Below, one piece after another: positions 54,966 through 64,000 of a stretch of 64,000 nt of DNA. The notes beneath the pieces were generated by a model. It was given only the letters and a program-made list of their open reading frames with translations, ran no database searches and was not told where the DNA came from. A program made the translations under genes and the position numbers. The first letter of the stretch is position 1. Every line of letters starts with the position of its first letter. The DNA is from Lama glama (Eukaryota), in assembly GCA_028534125.1 (NCBI GenBank), contig CM052816.1, positions 50,470,001 through 50,534,000 of the forward strand. Direction: 5' to 3'.

Positions 54966-57899
54966 AGAAAAGTTTTCAATAATTGTTCTTTGATCATCAG
55001 GATAAGTGTTTGTTATAAGTTTGTTACAGGGTATCTTTGTAAAAAGAGAAAAAGTCATCTATTAAAAATTTACTCTTAAATACATAACTTAATATTTCAA
55101 AATTTAGGAGCCTATCCAAAGAAGTATTGAACTCATTGGTTCTAGGAAATACTCCTATCTGATAAACATTACACCAGGGACACTGGTGCATAATGCATTG
55201 GTGAATTTTACATACAACAATGAATCAAAGATACTAAGGATAAAAAATATATTTTGTATAAATCAACTCAAAAGCTGATAATAAAAAAATCCGAAATTAT
55301 TTCAACATTTATTGGCTACACATTAATGATTTGTTCATAAGGCCAAAACGTGGAAAAAATTAATAGAACAAAATATGTAATACATGAACCACTTTATATG
55401 TATATTCAAAGACTGCACAGAATATCCACAGCAAAGAAAACAGAAGCAATAATTGTACTGATACTTTCCACAGTTTCCCATCCTATGGCACATCATTAGA
55501 CTCATGACATCTCAGATTTTTTAATCTAACCAATATGAGTCAAATACCTATTATAGTTCCTGGCACATAATCAATAAGCAACCTTATCTCAAATGGCTGA
55601 ATTCATTTAATCTGTACCAATTTGAATGACTTTAGCTTATACTTTTCCTTCTCCATTCTCAATTAAAGAGTTCTGTATTGTTCGCTATCACTAAACATTG
55701 GTCAGAGAATGCCATCAGTGGATCGGTCCTTCCCCCCGCCCCCTAACTGAGGTTAAAAGTGTTCACTCACCCAACATTTAGAGACAATCTGTTGACTTTT
55801 GCTACCCAATACAGACTTCCTGCTTCTAGCAACAAAACTTCTACTGACCCCTACCTCTGCTATCTCAGTCCACAGGCTTTGAGGAACCTGACTTTGGCCT
55901 TTAGCTCCAGTAGTTCACAGATCTGGGCTCAACCAACATTACATTCTAATACCCAGTAAATGATTCAAAGATGAGCACACAATTCAAATTGGGACATCTG
56001 AGTCTAGTAAGGTTCAATTTCAAGACCTTAATTTGCATATAGAGAATCCTTTCCTGGATTTGACGCTGTAAGCCTAGAGCTGTTCAGAACAAAACCAACA
56101 AGCAGAAAGTAGAACTGCAGGGTGGGTAGCAGCTCAGATCTGATTCCAGCAGCACCAGAATCTAGATCTGATCGTGATTATTTTAGATATAAGGCCAAGA
56201 AATTCCTTTTCGCTTAAGCTATCATGTGTCAGGCTTTGGAATCATACATACAGAATCTTCACTATCATTTATTGGTTATGTGAACATCAGGAAATCATTT
56301 AAGTCTTTTAACCTCAATAATCTCAAAGCATCTGCAAAACAGTTGTAAGTAAGCAAATGTGTATATTCCATCAGTGGTATGAGTACCACACTTTGGGAAA
56401 CACTCTATTAAACTCATAATATTCAACACCAAACAGGAAGTTTTACATTTTCAGCTTTATATGCTTACATTTTTATCAAATCTAAAACACATGGCATTTC
56501 GAAAACACTGGGACTTTATCACTACATAATAAATAACTAGTAACAGGTGGTTCAAGAAGACAACTGGTAACTATTCTGCATAAGGCCCTAATGATTCTAG
56601 AAAAAAAAAGTATGTCTCTTCAAAACAAAAGTTCAAGTTCGGTTACATGGCAAAAAATGTTTCCCAAGTTTTAAAAATCATGAATTAGTAATTTTAATGT
56701 TTTCTTCTTAAAACTCAACATCTTACCTTAAAATATTGGCAAATTCTCTCTAAAATAAAGAGCCAATTTTTTTAAGCCATTCAATTTAAATTTTAAAATT
56801 GTGTGTTTCTGTTCTATCTTTAATACACTGAAAACAACAGGTCAAAATCCTTTTATGAACCTCTAGGCAAATTTGTTTTTTCGTGTTTATCGAGTTATTT
56901 ATAGAAACAAATGTAGTTTCTGCAAGAATATAAGACTTCAATTGTACTTTGCATTCATCATTCACAATATAAACATAACATTACGATATGATAACGTAAT
57001 TAGATTACTGTGTAACAGCTGTCAATCTTTGCTATCAGAAAAGAGAAGCAATAAGAGGACCAGACCCAATACCCATGGTTTATGCTCTTCTAGGACTGTT
57101 TGGACTTATTATTCTAAGAATGTTAAGTTTAAACTTTTAGAAGTCTGCAAAACACATGTAAGATTGTTTGTGTGGTTCCAATAACTCGATGTAAAGGCTT
57201 CAAATGTCTCTATTTTGAATGCTGTGTTATATTGCAGTGATACTCACTTGGGAATTAACAGTGGTGATCCATGATATTCAACCAAACATACCAACTTTAC
57301 CGGCTCATTACTCTACAGATTTTCTGAGACATAGTTTTCAGATAATAACCAGGACATATTTCCTCATCACATTTAAAGTTTAGAAACATGTTTTCTCTAT
57401 TGCTAAATTCTCAAAGCACAAACTTTCGGTTCCCAAAAGTAGTATCTGAGTCATGATTTGAGCAAATTTCTGTAAGAATAATGCTTAAAATGAAGAGGTT
57501 GGTTCCTAAACACAATATTAAGATTTCTTTTATTCAACTGAGAGATGAATAGCATAGCACAACTAATTTATGAAGTTACAAATTGCAACCATGCTGTCAT
57601 TTTAAAAAAACACTAAAGTTAAACCCACATATGGAACTATATTAATATATCATATTGTACAAGCATCTACCTACAAATTTCCAAAGAGGCATCAATAAAC
57701 TTTTTAACTTTTTAAGTGTCCCAAAGTTTAGACAGATGTTACCCTATTTTCTCTGAGTTTTTCTCTGAGCAGCTGTTCATTTGGACATGTCCCTTATTTA
57801 TTGATATACTGTGTTCAATGCTAGGGTCACATTTCTTAAACAGGAACTTGGCAACTTCCAAATTCAATGGTAAATATTGACATATCTCAGCATGTCAAT

Positions 57900-58850
57900 A
57901 TTTATACTGTCAGGACACTTTCATGAGTCTCTTCAACAATGGCTGCATCTTATTTCTTGGCAGCCACTTGTTTCTGTTTCAATTGAGCAAGATCTTACTG
58001 TATTCCATAAAATTCTCATTAACTGTTCAGAAAAAAATTACTGTAAGCTAATAGCATTGTCACAGAAAGACAAGATTGAACTCCTTGCTTATTTCAACAT
58101 TTTGGTCACTTCTACAGGGTTAGAGAAGCTCAAAGAAACAAGGCACAAACACAGGAGTGTACTCCAAGTAATACTCGGTCGTGATTGCTTAATCCCAAGA
58201 CTAATCATCATTTTCAATCCCACTGCTAAGGTTGAAAGCTGCTGAAACCTTTTCAGAACTTATAGAATTAAAAATTACTTCCTTTTTTGTTAGTCCTAAA
58301 AGCTAGACAAATTTATAAAAGATTGGTTTACAGCCTGCTACGATGATGATCGTATTCAGGGAGCAGTATGAATCCAGAATGCCTACCATCAAAGGGAGTT
58401 GGAAAGTCTGACTCATTATATAGAATTAAAGTGTTTTAGATGCAAAATTAGTTTACCTAATATTTGTAAGTATCAGAAATCACTTTAACAAACTCATCAT
58501 CACCCACTCAATCTTAAGAGCAAATTTTCATACCGCTGAAAGAAAATCTTTGCAAAATCTTGTAAATACCCTGGGATTTCCCAATGGCACAAAAACAAAA
58601 GTTTAGTTGATAGCTAAATACTGGCATCTAGCAAAAGCATGAATGCCTCATGAGCAGTTTGGAACTCTAACATGGATTTTTCCTTTTGGGCAACAAAAGT
58701 CTCAACACTGTTTTTCTTCCAAAAAGAGCCCAATTTCATCAATGTTAAAAATTTGCTAACTAAATAACCTTTTGTTCACTGATCAGCCAGTGTCTTAGGA
58801 AACTGCACGACACACTTTCTCATCAGCACTGGCAGCTTCGCAAAGGACAA
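57900..58850 (-). mobile_element. Fossil Tigger/pogo transposase coding remnant
   Basis: Minus strand: EAASADE (58819-58839), QIFNIDEIGLF/WKK (from 58755), ETFVAQKEKSM, HWE/NPRVF, KFxKGF...IENDDxSWD. Collinear with Tigger DDE transposase motifs; frameshifted. Confidence 0.8.
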
Positions 58851-59039
58851 GGAGCAAATGGCCCAGGGCTATAACTACCGCCTACTTGTACAAAAAGAAC
58901 TATCTATCCTTCTATTACTTTAAAGACAGCCACCTTTCCCTCAAAAACAGTATTGCAAGTACAGCACTGATTTTATACTCAGAAGACCCCTACTGAGCTC
59001 AAAACTCCACAGCTTTATAGAGTAACTCTGGCCACTAAT

Positions 59040-61300
59040 GCATTAAAATGTTCACTGACTACATTCTATATACCAGGCTTTGAGGTCCCAAAGATAATTA
59101 AGACACATCCCTAGTTCTCTAGTGAGACAAAAACACCCAGAGAGGATTATTATACAAGCTTGTGAAGTACAGAGGCAGGGTGGGAGCTCCTCTGAGAAGG
59201 AGCACATCGACCAGCCTGAAATTTCAGGGGAGGCTTCCTTGCGTTATGCCTGATATGAATGTTAAAAGGTGGAAAAGGTTTAAGAGTAGAAGGAAAAAGG
59301 TAAGGAAACACATTCCAGGCAGAAGTATCTGCATGAGCAATGCCTTAGAGGCAAGAAACAGCATGCTATGTGTAAATAAACAATTCAGTGTTTCAGACTG
59401 ACTGAAAATCAAGGATCACAAATTCAAAGATCCAATCGACTTCATTATTTCAACTATAACATACTGTGTACTTCTATGCCTCAGACAATGTTTTAGAACT
59501 TGGCATAAGGAAACAAAACAGACAAAAATTCCTGCCTTTGAGGAATTTACATTTTAATAGATGAACAATTTTAAAATATACATAATAAATATGTAAAACA
59601 TATAGTATGGTGATAAGAGCTGTAGTAAAAGGAGAAGATGAAATAGGGCAGAGGAAACTGGGAGTGCAGAAGCCAGTTTTTTTGGGGGGGAGGGGAAAGG
59701 GCGGGATGGCAGACAGTTGCAAAACTGCAATTTTAAGTAAGAGGTTGAGATAGGCTTTACTGAAAAAGTGACACTTGAACTACTACATAAAGGAGAAGGT
59801 ACTAGTTGTGTGGATGCCTGATAAAAAGCTTTGTAAGTAGTTGAAACAGCCAGTGCAAAGGCCCTAAGGTGGAAATGTGCCTAGTGTGTTTAAGAAACAA
59901 GGAAGCAGTATGACTGGAACAGAGTGGGGAGAGAATACAAAGACATGAGGTCACAGAGGTCATGGGAAACCAGATCATGCAGAATCCTGTAGGCCAATGT
60001 AAGGACACTGGCTTTCACTGTAAGTCAAATGAGAAGTCATAAAAGGTTTTTAAACAATGAAGTAATTTTAGATTCTCTTTTAATAAACTTTTTATTTTTG
60101 AATAATTCTGAATTTACACAAAAGTTGCAAAGACAATAAAAAGTTCCCATATATGCTTCACTCAGTTTCCTCTAATACTAATATCTTACATTGCCATGGT
60201 GCATCTATCAAAATGAACTCTTATTAACTGAACTCCAAATTATTTGGATTTTGCCAGTTTTCCCACTATTATCTTTTCTCTTTCAGGATACAATCTAGGA
60301 TAACACATTGCATTTAGAATCTTACACTTTTACATTACAATTCAAGTTTTTAACTTACATCTTAAAAGCACCATTCTGGCTATCGTATGAGAATAGCCCA
60401 TAGAGAGGCAAGGATTGAAGAAAGCAGGGAGACCAGCTAGAACACTATTACTATAACCCAAGTAAGAAATGACAGCAGCTATTAACAGACATCCAAGCAA
60501 GATATGATAAGTCTACCAACAGCAGAAACAGTAGGAAATGGTCAAATTCTAGATATATTTTATACAGAGAATCAACTGGATTTGCTGACAGATTTGGTGA
60601 AATATAAGAGAAAGAACTGAAGATGACTCTAAATATTTAACTTTGAGAAACTGGCTGTATAGAGTTGCCATCAACTGAGATGAGAAGGAATGGGATAGGT
60701 GTGGGGGGGGGAAGAGCTCAGTTTGTGACATTTAAGTCTGAGATACTTCTAAATAAATAAGTGATGATGTAGAGATGGACAACTATATAGGTGAGTCTGG
60801 AGTTCAGAAAGAGGGGGGGACTAGAATATGGGAGTTTTGGGTAGACAGATGGTATTTAAAGCCATTAAACGTTGATATCATCTAAAGGAAATGTAAACAC
60901 GAGGAAAAGAAGAGAACCAAAGCTGGAACCCTGGAACTTTTCAACAGTAAGATATCAGGAAGAAAAGAATGAAGATTGAGAAGGAACAACCAATGAGATA
61001 GAAAGAAAACCAAGAGAGTGTGGTGTCCTGGAAGTCAAGGGAAGAAAGTATGTCATGGAGATGGGAGTGATTAACCGTGTCAAGGGTTGCTAATAGGTGA
61101 AACACAATAAGCACTGAGAATGATCAACACCTGAAGATCACTGCTAACACTAACAAGAGGATTTCAAGGGAGAGTAGGAGCAGTAGCTATCTCAAGAAAG
61201 AACAGTAAAAGAGAAATTGGGATTTGGAATTTGGAGCATAGAGAACTTCTTAGAGGATTTTTGCTTAGAGAAGCAAATAAATTGGGTAGGAAGTGAAAAA
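59040..61300 (-). mobile_element. L2 fragments with a nested L1MC 3' piece (about 60078-60320)
   Basis: CATTCCAGGCAGAAG, CAGCCAGTGCAAAGGCCCTAAGGTGG, CAGATCATGCAGAATCCTGTAGGCCA, GGTGTCCTGGAAGTCAAGGGAAG are L2 hallmarks. Confidence 0.8.
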
Positions 61301-61598
61301 AGGTTAAGAGAAACATTTCTTAAGGTGAAAAAAAAATAGCATGCAGGTCAAACAAGTTTTATGGCTCTTAATCTGACAGCCATGAGGAAAGAGAATTAAA
61401 AAAAAAAAGAGTGGGCAAAAAAGGACAAAGACAAACACTAGATCACAAATAACTTCAATCTCAGACTACGGAGACTAGCTGAGGATCAAAGAAAACAAAG
61501 ACTTAAGTAAAACCACTTTTTTTTTTTAATACACGTGACTATCACTGAATGAGAAAAAAGAGAAATCACAGTAAGGGAACAATCAGCACTATCAATAT

Positions 61599-62185
61599 TG
61601 TTACTGAGTAGGACCCTATGGGGCCCTCCCAGAACAGACTCTCTCCCCCAACCCTCAGCATGCAATGTCCGCCACCTCCCTCTGGTCTATAGAAAAGCAG
61701 AAAGAAAGGACAACAGTCAATAGGACAAAATAATAATCATTTAGCCATTAAACAAAGTCAAGAAATCTTAGTTATTCCTCAAGGGCTATAGATACTATTC
61801 TGAGCCATATTCTTTGAGCGGTTTTGCAGTTACCGAAACCCCCACCAGGTGGAAAAAGTTAACTGCATGCTGCCCACAAACACGTAGACCCCAGACCATA
61901 AGGTTGATGATGTTAACTCCTGATTACCTCACCACCTACCAATCAAAAGAATGTCCATGAGCTGATCATACACCCTGCAACTCCCCCGCCTCACTCTTCT
62001 TTAAAACCTTTAAAAAACCTTTCCTAAAGCCTTCAGGGAGTTGTCAGGTCTTTTAAGCACTAGCTACCTGGACTCCTTGCTTGGCACCCTGCAACAAACA
62101 CTGCACTTTCTTTTACCACATCCCGATATCAATAGATTGGCTTTACTGTGCAAGGGCAAATGAACCCAACTTTGGTCCGGTGACA
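61599..62185 (+). mobile_element. ERV1-class solo LTR (MER41-like)
   Basis: TGTTACTG...CGGTGACA termini, 4-bp TSD ATAT/ATAC, 3' AATAGATTGGCT...GAACCCA motif. Confidence 0.75.
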
Positions 62186-62911
62186 ATACTAGATACCAAG
62201 TAAAAAGAGAAGAGAGGAGAAAGTGGTCTGATGGTATAAAAGTAATACCACTTTAATTTTAAAAACCTTTTAATTTAAAAAATCTTTAATTGAGTGCCTA
62301 ATATGCAAGTCAATCAGTCCTACATCATTATCCCTCCCTTAAAGGGGTTTTTAATTTAGTGAAAAAGCAAGCCAGGTACATAACAGACAACTCTTACTGA
62401 GTGCTTACTCACAAATACTTGACTAGATGATTTACTTGTATTAACTCATTTAATCCTCACAATGCTGGGGAAGCCTGTGCATTCTCCCCACAGAAAAAAT
62501 ACATACTTACTATTTTTATATACCACTCTAGTGAACCCATGAAACCAAAGTTGAAAATACTCTCCTAGATGCAGGAGAGACAATAAATTTTGAACAAGGA
62601 AATGATACAGTCATTTCATTTTTAGTAAGAAAGTGACCGAAATGGCTTAAAATGAGAATCCATAGCAGAGCTGCCAGAAAGGAGACTTTTGAAATAGCGA
62701 TGTAAGACAGTACTTAAATTAGCTCACTGATAGCAAAAACCAAGAGCAGGGAGCTTACATGTTTAAAGGCCATGTGGTTCAATTACGCTCCCTAGAAACC
62801 TCACTGCAAGTCAGATTGACTTTGCTGAGTTACATGAAAAATATAATTGATATACAAATATGTATGTTCAGCCTTATTATTGCCATTTGTGTTCCTCTAT
62901 GGGTAACTTAA

Positions 62912-63046
62912 TAACTTTTTTATTGGGAGGGGTGGGAATTAGGTTTGTTTATTTATTTTTTTTTTTTTAATCGAGGCACAGGGGTTGAACCCAGGACCCT
63001 GTGCATGCGAAGCACACACTCTACCACTAAGTTATACCCTCCCCCC
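62912..63046 (-). mobile_element. tRNA-derived SINE (camelid Vic-1-like)
   Basis: Reverse complement of the SINE head (CTCTACCACTAAGTTATACCCTCCCCCC); perfect 16-bp TSD TCTATGGGTAACTTAA at 62896-62911 and 63048-63063. Confidence 0.9.
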
Positions 63047-64000
63047 TTCTATGGGTAACTTAAAAACAACTGGCAGTGTTCTTTCCTATTTTGAAGCTGA
63101 GGTATCTAAAAGCCCATGGCCTAAAATTAATTAAAATCCACAAATATAGTAAGTCAACTGGGATCTTTAACAACTTCAGTTCCTGGTGCTCTTCACAAGT
63201 ACAACATATTACTATCAAAAGTTCATAAAGACCAAGATGATCTTTACATGAAAGCAAAATGTCTACAAATACACTACTACTACTTTGGAAGCCAAGCTTG
63301 ATGAGTTGCACAACATAATTTCCATAACCAAGCCAAGGTTATTTAATTTGAATGGCAAGACCTGCAAGGTACAAAATAAAGCAACTACAAGGGAGAGCAT
63401 TAAATGGCTTGTTTTTTGCTAGCAGAAGGGTACAGTGCATTCTTATACATGTCTTATTCCCCTTTCCCATGCCCATTAAATTTCTGGAACAGATCATCTT
63501 TGTTCTTCTGCTGCACTCTCATGATCCCATAAATAAAGCTCAGTAAATACGTGCTAAATTTGTGTATTTGACCAACTCTTGACAATTCAATAGATTGAAA
63601 AGTAAAGTTAGTTGTGGTTAAAAAACAAAAAGAAAAACAAAAACTTGGTGTGCAGTAGCAAACAATGTAACCACAGACAGCAGAAATCCAAACGTTCTAA
63701 TCACTGCATTGCCCTAAAGGGAACAGTCTCATCGTTTGGCCAAGAACAGCACATAGATCAACACCTTAAATAAGTTAGTTTCCTTCCCTCTTCTTTCCTA
63801 TCCCACTTTGAGTCAAATTTTTTTTAAAAATAACATTCTAAAAAGAATCATCTGCTGCCTGAGAAAATAAATAAAACTATACACTTGGAGCCAAAGAGTT
63901 GCCATAATTTTCTGATTCGCCTGAGACAGAGGGAAAAACCGCGCCTGCAATTTAAGAATAATCACGATAACCATGCAAACTGAACACGGTAAAGCACCTG

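Noticed and set aside
63900..64000. Possible start of the XRCC4 promoter or exon 1
   Set aside because: Only a few CpGs at the window edge; no CpG island or identifiable exon.

Overview
AT-rich mammalian genomic DNA, most likely camelid (alpaca or camel), judged from three tRNA-derived Vic-1-like SINEs and the L1 3' ends. The window lies inside XRCC4 on the minus strand. It holds the first two coding exons (42410-42558 with the ATG, and 36195-36370; together residues 1-105), all of intron 2, and parts of introns 1 and 3. The rest is mostly repeats: L1, L2, MIR, L3, MaLR/ERV LTRs, MITEs, and fossil hAT-Charlie and Tigger transposase sequence. There is one 100-N assembly gap. I see no prokaryotic-type system (CRISPR, operons). 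The best candidate for something undescribed is a 1.5 kb cTAGE5/MIA2-family retrocopy antisense in intron 3. Its perfect 16-bp TSD looks young, yet its protein is short and very divergent from cTAGE5, implying an unknown mini-cTAGE parent gene. Secondary findings: a probable L1 3' transduction splitting an MLT1 LTR, a fold-back L1 hairpin, and perfect palindromes. Family names and reference proteins are recalled from memory, not searched; most repeat boundaries are approximate.
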